NCBI RefSeq assembly: GCF_964204645.1
Contig: NC_134032.1
Location: 5,940,275-6,004,274, forward strand
Length of the DNA: 64,000 nt
Direction: 5' to 3'
Origin: Tubulanus polymorphus
Taxonomy: Eukaryota; Animalia; Nemertea
The stretch's first letter is position 1. Every line of letters starts with the position of its first letter. Below, piece after piece: positions 25,646 through 37,030 of the stretch. Under the pieces are notes generated by a model. It made no database searches and was not told the DNA's origin. It worked only from the letters and a program-made list of their open reading frames with translations. The translations under genes were made by a program, and so were the position numbers.

Positions 25646-27039
25646 TTCCATGAAACATAGTTACTATAACAAATACAAAGGTAATGGAAAAGTTTTCAAC
25701 AATAATTTTTTCCGATCCGATTTTGAGTCACACGGGCTTAATGGGCTATATTTTATATATTTCGAATATCATCACGAATGTTATATATATTCATTAAATG
25801 GTACTTGCCACAGTTAATTCACATTTCCGAGCTCGAAATATTCTATCTTACAAAACGAAAAGAACGAGTCGATATACTAGGGCTTGCGACAAGGATAAAA
25901 TTGTCCAAAAGTGCAAAGAAAAATATAATTACTGTTATTAATACTTAGAACGACGTTTGAGTCGTGGTGGCAGATGGTAGGCGTCGCATCGCTCGTCGAC
26001 ATAAGCCAGCCTTAAGACGTGCTGTCTGATTAGGTTGTACGACCCAAATTTGACTCGTGTGTCTGATTCGGGCCAAATCATCACCGTGTGATCGCGGCTT
26101 CAATTAAATTCTAATCGTTTGGCGTAATCGCGGTTGTTGGTAACATCATTTACTTAATGCCGACAACAATTCAAACGTTTCCATTTTAAGGTTACATTTA
26201 TTCGTGTAACTCCACCTGGACACATTCTTCTTGTAGACGCTTTCACTGATAATATTTATCTCTAAGTTCGGCGATTTATGACGTCGTTAGCCGATCTCGT
26301 TCAGATACGTAGAAGATACGTAATAATAATCATGATGATATTGCTAATAATGCTAATAATAATATATACGTTATTCTTTAGAAGCCATAAATGCAATTTT
26401 AATTCGGAACATAATTTCAACACATCGCATGCGACATCAAAACGTCATGGCGTGTACTATCATGGCGTCATAAACAATCACGATAGCGGTGTCCAGAATT
26501 CCGGTAGCTAGTGGTCGCAATATTCTAATTTCTTTTATTAATGGCTGGCATGAGAAGAGTTGGGTAACTTTTGATAACAATTGTGAGTCGCACGTTGAGA
26601 AATGACATGTGCTTCAGTAAACCTCACTTACTTCAAAAATAAGATTTGATCAAATAAACTGATTTCAAATTTCTGACTCACAACACTGTAAAACGATTTT
26701 AAGAATCCAATGTCATTGTTTTAAGTAAAGATTTGACAAAGCAGATGATAGTAGTTTTTCAAGTCCTGTTAAAGCAAAAATTCCTTTATTATATTTCTCC
26801 AGCTGCGGTATCCCAGGACATTCTCACAACGTCGACAATGCTTAGGTTTTAATTTTGATTCACTACGTAGGTAGATCGATGAGGCTTTTTGCGGATAGTG
26901 GATTTAATGCGCAGTTCCACAAAGTTTCGGTCATCTTACGTTCTTCTTAACTTAATCCTGACGAAACACTCTGAGTCCGCGTTGTAACGCTAATACGGTT
27001 TAACGAGTCCGAAAGGTTTTCTTCGGCTGCAGTTAATTC

Positions 27040-27076
27040 AACGTTTCGGCTATTATCCTAATAGTCATCTTCAGGG
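27040..27076 (-). ncRNA. Penelope-type minimal hammerhead-ribozyme-like motif
   Basis: Minus strand CCCTGAAGATGACTATTAGGATAATAGCCGAAACGTT, i.e. CUGANGA, stem II, GAAA, palindromic ACGT. Degenerate relatives lie at ~11695-11730 and ~17004-17040. Confidence 0.5.
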
Positions 27077-27798
27077 TCACTGAGTTTACAAAAATATGAG
27101 ACTTTTGTATTCCTGAACATGACTATCAAGCCTGGTTTTCGCCCGGGAAAACCAGCCTTTAGGCTATTGTATAGATATAGATATAGTTATTAAACACAGC
27201 AATGGCTACATTTGCCCTTTTAGAAAAATACTGCTTAAGCTAGCAGTAAAAGGCAGATAAATGTAAGATTAAGCATGTCAACGCTTTTTTCCATTTTCGT
27301 ATAAACGCAAAGCTAATTACAATCCCATTTTGACGAAGTCATTGGAAATGAGACAGCGGCGTTAAGTTACTAATCGTAATTTACATTATAAAACTGGATC
27401 AGTTCGTAGACATGAATAGTTAAATACCTATTTAAACCTTTTGACAGAGCAATTAACAAAACGAGTTTTCACAATTGAAGATAGATTTCGTATTTTTTTT
27501 TCATTTAATCTTAAATTAGTTATCACTGGATCTTAATGGGGAACTGCAACACCGGCTATTCCGCCAGACGGCGGGACGAGAATTGATGACCGTAGTATAC
27601 AAAACGCATAAATCTAACCGTTTTTATATTACCTCCTCGATCGGATCGCCGAGTTGCTCACTGAACAACGATAAATAGGGCGGTGGAAACTATGAGAACA
27701 GCTACGTAGCAACTCAATCTGTGACGTCCCATTTCAACAAAATAGCCAATGTGCCTTAAATTAACAAAAAAATCAGTTCATTATCAATCATAAACTTT

Positions 27799-28019
27799 GG
27801 CTAAACAAAAAATGATACCTTGTTTCTCCGCAACGGCCGGGTCATTTTTGTAAAATATGATGAAATTTGTAAACAGTTCATTTCTATAGCGGCCGGGTCT
27901 GTTATGGTAAAATTGATCACGATTTGAAAAAAAGTAATGTATAGAGTAGATAGGTGGCCGGCCGTGTCAACTTTTAAGCTCAGCAGAGCGGAGAAACAAG
28001 GTATCATATTTTTTTAGCC
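27799..28019. mobile_element. MITE family D (GGCTAAA...TTTAGCC TIR), ~220 bp
   Basis: Long TIRs containing GATACCTTGTTTCTCCGC; a second copy in opposite orientation lies at 45236-45455. Confidence 0.9.
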
Positions 28020-31000
28020 TTTGATCTGCATTTTCTAGGCTCCGAATCCATATACATTTTACACGGGACCATCCGAATATACGCTGAATTTACTCAGTAA
28101 TTGGTAAGCTCTTCATCAATGATTAAGAGAAAAGTACGGTTTTAACTGAAATGTAGAAGAAATTGAAGTGCCTGGCAGATCCTCATTAAAGGAATCACGA
28201 TTGCAAGAGTGGCGTTGGCAGTTCTTCGCTATAACAGCATAGCTATAAAAGTTTGACAGAGCTGGAATTTCCATCGCAATTGGAAATACCATTCGTTATG
28301 TTAAAAAGCAAGTTTCAGTCACTGGTTCTCATCGAGTGCAGCAAATACGATGTACTCTCGCATCGGTAGGTTCTGATCGGCTGCCAATTCCTTTTAGATC
28401 GCTGCTTTCTTCCTCAGGAACGCGTCGACCGACTAAATCAACCACCGCGTTGTTTCCTTCCGGTCGCAATATTGCGAAGAGACTGCTGTAGATCAAGTTC
28501 TACAGTTGTTAGAGTTAGAATTAATTCCTAGTTGATATCGGTTCAAATCTATACGAGTCAAAACCGTGGAACTGGATCCAAAACCACACTTAAACCATGG
28601 TTTTGGATTCTGTTCCACATTTGTAAATTAGAGTTTATTCCGAGTTGAGATTAGTTCATTTCCAAATAAGTTAACTGTGAGTCATATCTTATCAGTGTTT
28701 CGGTTTGTTGTGAGTTTGAGTTCACGCTGCAGGTTTAAATTCAATTTGTTTCAAATCTTTACCCAGGATTCAGTTCTACAGTGAGCTTAGCTTTGGCGCG
28801 GAATTAGAAATCCTCATTTCAACTCCGAAGTAATCGCAATTATCATAAAACGTACGTTATTTTACCTCACAAAAGCGTCGGTATTGTGTATAGGCAAGAA
28901 CAGCAATTTCATTGGTGATTAGACCAACGCGGTGCCTCATGATAGCGGGTTATTCGCGTGTTGAAACCTATGTTATACCTGGTACCGAACATGCCGCGGT
29001 TACGTGTCATGCCACTTGTGCGGACGACCATAAAACACACGCAGAACTTTCGTACTTTAAGAGTTTATTACTTATATCAAAAATCTAAAAGAGGAAACGG
29101 TCAGTTTAAATTCAGACACATTATTTGAATTTTGGGTCTTTAGATTGTCTCAGAATGAGTCTGAGAAGAAGAACTTTCGAAAATCTCCGAATGCGATGAG
29201 AGGGGTACATCCCCCTCCCGCTCTCTCTTTGTTCGTTCCTGCCCGTTTTTTTTTCGGCCGAAAACGAAGCCGAGCGCGCTTCGGCAGGTAAGGATATTAT
29301 TGAGATGGGCGCCCCCTCTTTCCTAGAATCCCGGATCCGCCCCTGTGAATTGTAGAACTGAATCCTACCTTATTAATATCAACACTTGTGACAGAATTGA
29401 CTAGTGGTTGGCATCAAATGTGGCGAATTTGGCGATCGGGGATCCAAGTTCGGTGATAATACGTATCTAGCACGTGTGATTTGTGCGAGTTGATTCCCCG
29501 AATAGCTATAGAAAATTCGTGTCCCATCGAAAGTGATTATTCGGCGACAAACCGGTCTGAGCTCCAATTCGTCTTATTATGCCAACCTTCGTCTCCCGAA
29601 TTCAATCTAAGCGCAACATGCGGCGAACGATTCGTCGATGAAATTCGCCTGGTCTGTCACGCTGTCTATTTCGCTTTCGGGTTTGAGCGAAAATTCACGT
29701 GAAAATGGCACCTCGCCGGTACAGCGTCATTCGCACAATATCACTCGATTATAAGCATTGCAGCCGACCGTTCACATGAAATCAAGCGAAATAATTTTCA
29801 CAAAAACAATTTATCATTTCGTCATGCAGTAATATTATCGGCAAGTTCTGTTTCTTGTTTATTCGCTCTGTGATTCGCTGTACGTTTCCTTAAGCGTAAG
29901 CGAGGGGATTGTGCCAAATGCTATACAGGTGTTTTGCGCAGCCTTAAGCGTAATATCAAGAACTGCACTGACCTATGTTCGATTTACTTTATTCTGGAGA
30001 TTTAAAATACGTACACATCTGAATAGCCAAAAGCTTTCTATTTTTGAGATAAGGATCCAGTTCCACAGCTTATTCTAACTCGTAGTCAACTCTTTCATCT
30101 ATGGAAATGGATCCCGACATTCAGAGTTATCAGTACACTGCTGATGAATCGCTAATGAAATAATCATTACTCTAACTTTTAAACGAATTTAAGAATTAGC
30201 AAAAAATGAATTAAATCCGATATGAACAAAAGATCAATCATCTTCTTCACCGATGTAAAATCTCATACTCTGTACTGATATAACTTTTAGTCCTTCGTCA
30301 AATGTAAGTCTCTAATGATGCAGCCGATGACCCACGATGCCCACGGGCACGGATAGCATAACATTTTTATATTCTAAATGACCGGAAGAAAATGAATTGC
30401 AAAGCCTGAAGCTCTCGCTAGTAAAACATCCAAGGACGAATTTTGGAGGCCTATGGTATCAAAGTGGATGTGACTTCATTTTTGACATTTACTTATCGAT
30501 CCGGCAACATATTCTAGACTCAAGGGCGGAGAAGTAAATAATATCCTTGGTCATTGGGTTTCCAGACGTTAGTTAGAGTCTTTTTTACGGCCGTATAAAT
30601 GGGATGGATCATTCCGAAATAGAAAATGGATCATTCCGAAATAGAAGTCTGTTTGAATAGGAACGAATCGATGAGCCGATGTGAACCTGGATCAGGCACC
30701 ATGAATGGATTTTTATACGAAATCTAGAATACCTTTTTAGTCGCTTGGAGACGCTATATCGAATGAACCATCAGTTGCAGATAGACAGAACATGATACAG
30801 TCGGTCCCTTAAAATCGCTGCCTGTTTCAGGTGTGTTCAGTATCGCGAACGTTAAATCAATAGATGCATATTTCTCCGTGGTATGTTATATGCCTTAATC
30901 CGGAATTTACGCACATCCGGAAATTATGCTCTACCATGTGATAACGAAAAATAATACGTCATTGAGAGACCTGATTGAATATCTGTTCAAAATGTTTCCA

Positions 31001-31039
31001 AGGGTCCCTTGATATAGATTTTTGGTTTTGTGGTTCATA

Positions 31040-31425
31040 TTCAATCAGAAATGCCTCATGTGAAGTTCTGAAAAGTGGGTGACCAGTTTTTGAAATTGTG
31101 TGATAAAATGTATAATATGTTGTGTTTCTAGTTCATGTTCAATTAAAGATAACTCACGTGACGTTCTGAACACATGTGAGGTGTATGCGATTAGTTTTTG
31201 AAATTGTGACGATAAACGTCTAACGTCTGGTCTTTGTAGTTCAATTTAAGTGACCCAGGTAATGTTCTGAAACATGTGAAGAGTGGATAATTAGTTTTGG
31301 AAATTGCACTGATAAAAAGTCTAATGTCTCATCATTTCAATCAGAAATGTCTCTGGTGAAGTCTGGACACGAGTTAAGTGTGGGCGGTCAGTCTTAGGTA
31401 GTGCGCTGATGAAATGTCTAATTTC
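31040..31425. repeat. Old tandem repeat, ~100-108-bp unit, ~4 copies
   Basis: AGTTTT(T/G)GAAATTG...GATAAA...TCTAA recurs at ~31085, 31193, 31293 and 31390. Confidence 0.7.
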
Positions 31426-31504
31426 CGGCTACTATTGTTCACTGAAAATATATTTACTGAAAAAGGTTACAGTAGAGGAATAAAATGGCAGGTTTTTAAA
31501 CCTT

Positions 31505-31944
31505 AAGCTCCCCGCACAAAGTGCGCAGCGCAGTTTTCGGCTCGTGTGCCGGTGATTTTTTGACGCGCATTTTGCCATTCGCCAAATATATACGTTTCAT
31601 ATTTTCGACGCAGCGCAAAGTACGCTCTAGTGTGCGGGCAACTCAACGCATTTTGCGCTGCTTTCATCGTCAATGCGCATGCGTCATTACTCAAAAACTG
31701 ATGAACGTTGATTTATGACATGAATATCACTTTCTGAATGCTTTCATCCCGATGTTGATGTAATTAGAACAGAAAAATGACTTCATATTCAAATAGATTT
31801 GGCAAAGACAAAAAAAAGTCGCGTTTTAATGGTGCAGATATGTAATTAAATTTACAGCGCATTTCTGGCTCGTGTTCGGGAGCCTATATTCTGCGCTACG
31901 TAAATGAGTACGCAGCGCAAAATGCGCTCGTGTGCGGGTGCCTT
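31505..31944. mobile_element. MITE with CCCGCACA..GCGCA termini (Harbinger-like)
   Basis: AAGCTCCCCGCACAAAGTGCGC ... GCGCTCGTGTGCGGGTGCCTT imperfect TIRs with subterminal GCGCAGCGCAAA repeats. Confidence 0.7.
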
Positions 31945-34871
31945 AGCGATTTAGGTTGTGATGTTGTGACTTTTCTTTTATCAGATTCCGTCATTTGGCC
32001 TATGCTCAATTTGGTAAGCAACTAATTGCGTAGGCTGATATGACAATGCGTCGACATAAAAACCCATCAATTTTCTCGAAAGCTTCTACTAATTGATCAT
32101 TCTGTGATAGTACTGGTACTACCTATTAAGCTGGTGACTCCCCGTTCAAAAAACGTGTAGATTCCAATTATCGAAAAATGGCGAGTTGTAGGAAGTCTCG
32201 ATTTAATTCGATTCACTCGATCCTTTCAAATTTCGCGTTCTATTCAAAGCGAATAATCTTCTTTCAGTTTGATGGGCGCTTGAAGTGTTGCGTCTTTTCT
32301 ATCGCATGGAGAATAAGCGAAAAGAAAAGATCGGTATTCGAGTATGAAAGGCGGTATCACGCGCCTCGGTGAACATCGTCTAAATAGGTAGCTTTTCAAT
32401 TCGAAAGTGATGCGTCTAGTCGATGTAAAGGATACCGCTTGGAGATTAAATTACAATTAGATTATAGAGTTTCCGCGAGATCTTTTTAATTAGGTTGTCG
32501 GGGAGTCGGAGTAATCGGGTTGATCACGTTTTTTATTAATTAGTTTATTAGCGTGTCGGTTTTTTAAGCCCAGATTTTCGACGAATCTTTCAAACAACAA
32601 GAACTTTAAACTTAGCTTAGCTTGATCGATATCCCTTATTTGAGTAAGTCCAGAATCAGATGTTGGTTAGAATTGAATAGTAGTTTTGTTGACTGTCAAC
32701 CGCTGTACCGGCTTTCCCTCTTGACTCGAGTCTTAAGATATCTTAAGAATCTGAACTATCTATTCTTGAAATACTTGCCGACATAGTAGTAAACACTAAC
32801 AAAAAAATTAAAGTTTTTACGTATATCTTAAATAACGTATTCACGAATTCGAAATTTGAAAAAAAACAAAAAAACGCGATGATTGGATTCAAATTTAATG
32901 TGGAGAATTTTGAGAAAATGCGTGTATGTTTCCATAGTTTTTGCTTCGTGGCTTGATGGATACGGTGTAGACTCATTAATGAAAGGTGGTGGGTTCGAAT
33001 CACGCTGAACACAAGCTTTTCGGTCACGGCATATATCAGTATTTCCCGACTCACTGATGTAGGCGAATCGCACGGCGAATGATTCGCCGCAGAAATTCGC
33101 CTAGTCGGTCTCAAGCTTTAAGATCCTATGAAGTTAAAAAAACATTAAAATTGGAAATGAACCACTAATCTAACTGAGGCAATTTCAACTCGCAATGGAA
33201 CTGAATCCTGCCTTCCAAGATTTTTATAATCGGTGAAGCTCGTGCGTTTGTATAACTACATGTACGGGGCTAACTAATCCAATTAACCTATTTGTAATTG
33301 AAATGAGACTCTATTAATTCGTGTGGAGAATGTGGGCCCATATCCGCAGTGTATACCATTGGTAACCATCGGATGATACAAGCTGATTCCGTGTTGTAAA
33401 GATAATATGAAATCCAACACTGAATAAAACTAGTCTCATATGTTTCCTTCAGCTGATAATGAGTACTCTACTGTCGTTTGTGGCAATCGTTGATTCCACT
33501 TTTGGCAAGCGGTTTCTAGAATTCAAGATGTAATCTAAATCTATCAATTATTCTCAAATTCCACGAATGATTAACGAATTGCGCTATATATGTGAACCTT
33601 AAAATCAATTTGAGTTTATCAAGGGACGTGGTTTGCCTAATTTCTAATTTGGGATGCTAAAAATCAAGATGAAAATTCATTGAAAATCAACTAGACTTGG
33701 ACGAAATCGTCGTAATGAGACGCACGTCATCCAGCGGGATATCTGGTGGCGTGGGACTTCTCATTTATTCGCCGTTTCAACATCGGTTAATACACGTAAT
33801 TAGTTACTGCGAAGAGTCACGGAAATCACAATCATCGGATCAAGGTTTTCTTACCTTCTAACATTATCGTTTAAAAAGGTATAATGGCCGTTAGATCATT
33901 CGCCCGCTGTTTTAAGAAATTGCGTTCCATGTAACATTAGGCAGGCATTCAGTTGGATTAATGCGGATTTTTAAGCGTGCTTTCAAACTTATCTTAAGAA
34001 ATAAGTTATATGTAATGATAAGTTAAGTATAATGAAATTATAATGATATTAATTGGGGATTTTTTAGTGTTGGATTATTCAACATCAGTGACACAAGTTT
34101 ATCTTAGAATCACCAGTTTATTACAACCAACCAAACGCGGGGAAAACGTTCTGCGAACGACACAGCCTTTTATGTAGTGACTTTCCACCTCGATCTATTC
34201 ACTATACCGCTGTGAGTTTAAATATGATTTGAAAACGGTAAACTTTGACAGCATCACAGGTTTTCGGCTCGGAGGTATCCTATCAATTATTTAATCATCT
34301 ACATTACAACCTATATACGTAAATATTGATGAAATAACTATTATCATCACTATACCAATTGCCCCCATATTCATTACTCGGTCTTATCAAAGTATCTACG
34401 GTTGACCAAATTTTATCGAATAGCATAATTGTGGCCTCGGCTCAATTTATTTCGTTCACATTTCTGGATTGGATTAAGATAGAAACAAAGTAAGAATATC
34501 GATGAACTCTCAGCTGATTATTAACTTATTTATGATATCACTCATTCATGACTTAATGCAACTAAGCGCGCTAGTGAAGTTATAAACATTGATATCGTCT
34601 TCCTGATAATTCAACTTAAATTAATGCTCATCTCATTCAAAAAATGATCATAAATCAGAAATGATCTTTAAAAAATTCAGAAAGTTCTTAATTAGTGCTA
34701 AAATGCCTTAAAGTGCACGACTGAATTGTATATATAATATTATAAAAAGGGCAGGCTACAAAATGTCCAAAAAGTCCTACGAAGGGCATTTTCATACTGC
34801 TTTTTGGATATGTGCTACACCCTGGATTTGGGAATGGATCTGCCCTTCTGTATAAACTCGAATATAGTATA

Positions 34872-35135
34872 GCCAAATTAGTCAAATTTGACCCGTGCCT
34901 AATTAGAGTGCGCTCCAAGCAGACCACTCACTCGATACTAAACAATGCTAAAACAAATAAAAGCGAAGCGAGTCATTTCCGGAACCAGTTGCAATTCAAA
35001 CGCACCATTCATCCCGTGCTAAAGTTTATCCCCAGCCTTGTCCGCCGTTTCTTGTCGCGCCAGATTGGTACCCATGTGAACAGTTGTTCCGCGCAAACAT
35101 TGGCACGAACCAAAAACGCTCGTGTGATCGCGGCT
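34872..35135. mobile_element. MITE family A copy (one end truncated)
   Basis: Ends in CGTGTGATCGCGGCT; reverse-complement match to 44742-45019. Confidence 0.8.
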
Positions 35136-35403
35136 TATGAATACATATATATTACTCTTACTGAAGCTGTCGTATGATTAACACTTCATTATTTCATCCT
35201 CAGATGTAACAGATTTTCCTTGTCAGTAGATGCCAATTGATTAACGCATTCGCCACCAAATCAACGCGTATTGTGTTGTTTCCACTACTTAAGCATAGAG
35301 GCTCAAGTCTATTATACCATTAAATAGTTCCAGTTGGGACTAATCGCATCGGACAGGTATTTGAAATTAATCCGCCAATATTGGACTGATTTTAATCGTC
35401 GAT

Positions 35404-35537
35404 GATTTTACTCGTCGAAAATGTCTACAATCTTGTTTCAAATATTCCCCTCTGTAGAGTTGTAGTAAAATCGTTAGACAATCAGGATTGTATAGTATAG
35501 TATAGTATAGTTGTAGACATTGTCGACGAGTAAAATC
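35404..35537. mobile_element. Small foldback element
   Basis: GATTTTACTCGTCGAAAATGTCTACAA ... TTGTAGACATTGTCGACGAGTAAAATC inverted arms with an internal (TATAG)n tract. Confidence 0.7.
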
Positions 35538-36602
35538 GGGGTGGATATAGAGTCTAAGAAAGGGTGCATCCCCAAAATTGAGTATATCCCTGTAATCAAA
35601 AACCCCTCCATGAGAAAGCTCATCGGAAAACATCAACTGATCTGCCAAAATACAGTGAACAAGCTTAATCAAGTTGATTAGTTAAAAGAAACATGGAAAC
35701 GGTAACAACACCAATAAAGCCAATCGCGATATCAATGGTTCCATGCGAGATTCTTCAAAAGGTTCTGACTACTTATCATTCAAAAGAAAGATCCACATGA
35801 AGCCTGCCAATGGATAAAAGAGTAATGTTCACGAATTCTAGAAACATGGCTCACATTTTTCAAATATATTTGTTAGTTTCTTACTATTTAAACGACAACA
35901 ATTTTACAATCATACTTATGATTAGCGGTGGTCAGGCGATTGTGCTTATGTGTGTATATTTTGACCTAAGATTGATTTTATGTCCATAACTACTGTGCAA
36001 CTATATTGAATTTGCGACCCTTGCACGATCATAGTTCTGGTTTTCATTGAATTCCGGCGCTGGCGTTAGTGTCTTGGCTATAGATATGCGGGTGACCTAA
36101 ATTTGCATTAGGGACGGACTGCAGGATAGATTATCTTGATCAATGCAACATCAGATGAAAACACAGTTGGCAAAAAAACTCCCCAATGAGAACAATTGCA
36201 TGACCCCCAATAAAACCCCCAAACATATCTCAGGCCTAATGCAAAAATGAATCATAACATCAGTTGCAGTACCTATCTTTTTCCCATCAATTAACACTGT
36301 TCTCTGCGGTACCGAGTTCTGTTACCTGTGGACCCCAAGTTTCCGAGGGGGACAGGCAAAATCCAATTTCCCGAAATTCCACGCCTACCGGCCCAAGAGC
36401 GCATACTGCGTATTCATTACGTGTATCATGAAACAAATCGAAAATCGGGAAACTTTGTCACGGGCGCTCGGCCTGTGTGTCTGGTATCAAAATGGAAGAG
36501 AATAGCCGTGGTTTCCTTGAATCAAGTCAAGTCGTATACCAATTTCAAGATAACGATTACCCGTGGCTTCCACCCGAGAAGCAACATTATCAATTCAATC
36601 AA

Positions 36603-36630
36603 ACCCGTCTTTGGACGGGTGATTTGCTAG
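36603..36630 (+). mobile_element. Helitron-like 3' terminus
   Basis: ACCCGTC-TTTG-GACGGGT hairpin, then GATTTG-CTAG|T. Confidence 0.6.
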
Positions 36631-36892
36631 TATTGATAATAATGTCTTTATTTTCAGACAATATTCTCGTATGGCATGTAAAAATATAAGTAATACGTAC
36701 ATATAAGACGGATTTACACATACATACATACATACACACATACCCTCCGTATCATGTGTTGTATTAGTGCTGGAGCTGTGTTAACCTGATGCAAAATCAG
36801 TAATTAAGTGATTACATATGAAAATTAGATTAGATAAACTAGATTGATTAAAGTGATTTGAAATATATTTGACTCGTTTCGATACTATTCAG

Positions 36893-37030
36893 GGCCCAGT
36901 TCCATAGTCGGAACTTAAGTCCCAAAGTGGTCTTAAATCTTAAGACTGGTCTTTAGTTGTTCGATTGGCTATCGAACTAAGTTGGTCTTAGACTGGTCTT
37001 AAGCCGAAGCCATGACTATGCAACCGGCCC
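36893..37030. mobile_element. Harbinger-like MITE containing the ~47-bp minisatellite motif
   Basis: TIR GGCCCAGTTCCATAGTC / GACTATGCAACCGGCC; internal AGACTGGTCTTTAGTTGTTCGATTGGCTATCGAACTAA. Confidence 0.8.

Noticed and set aside
27801-28007. ORF MIPCFSALLSLKVD... repeated at 45248
   Set aside because: The similarity simply reflects two copies of a 220-bp MITE.
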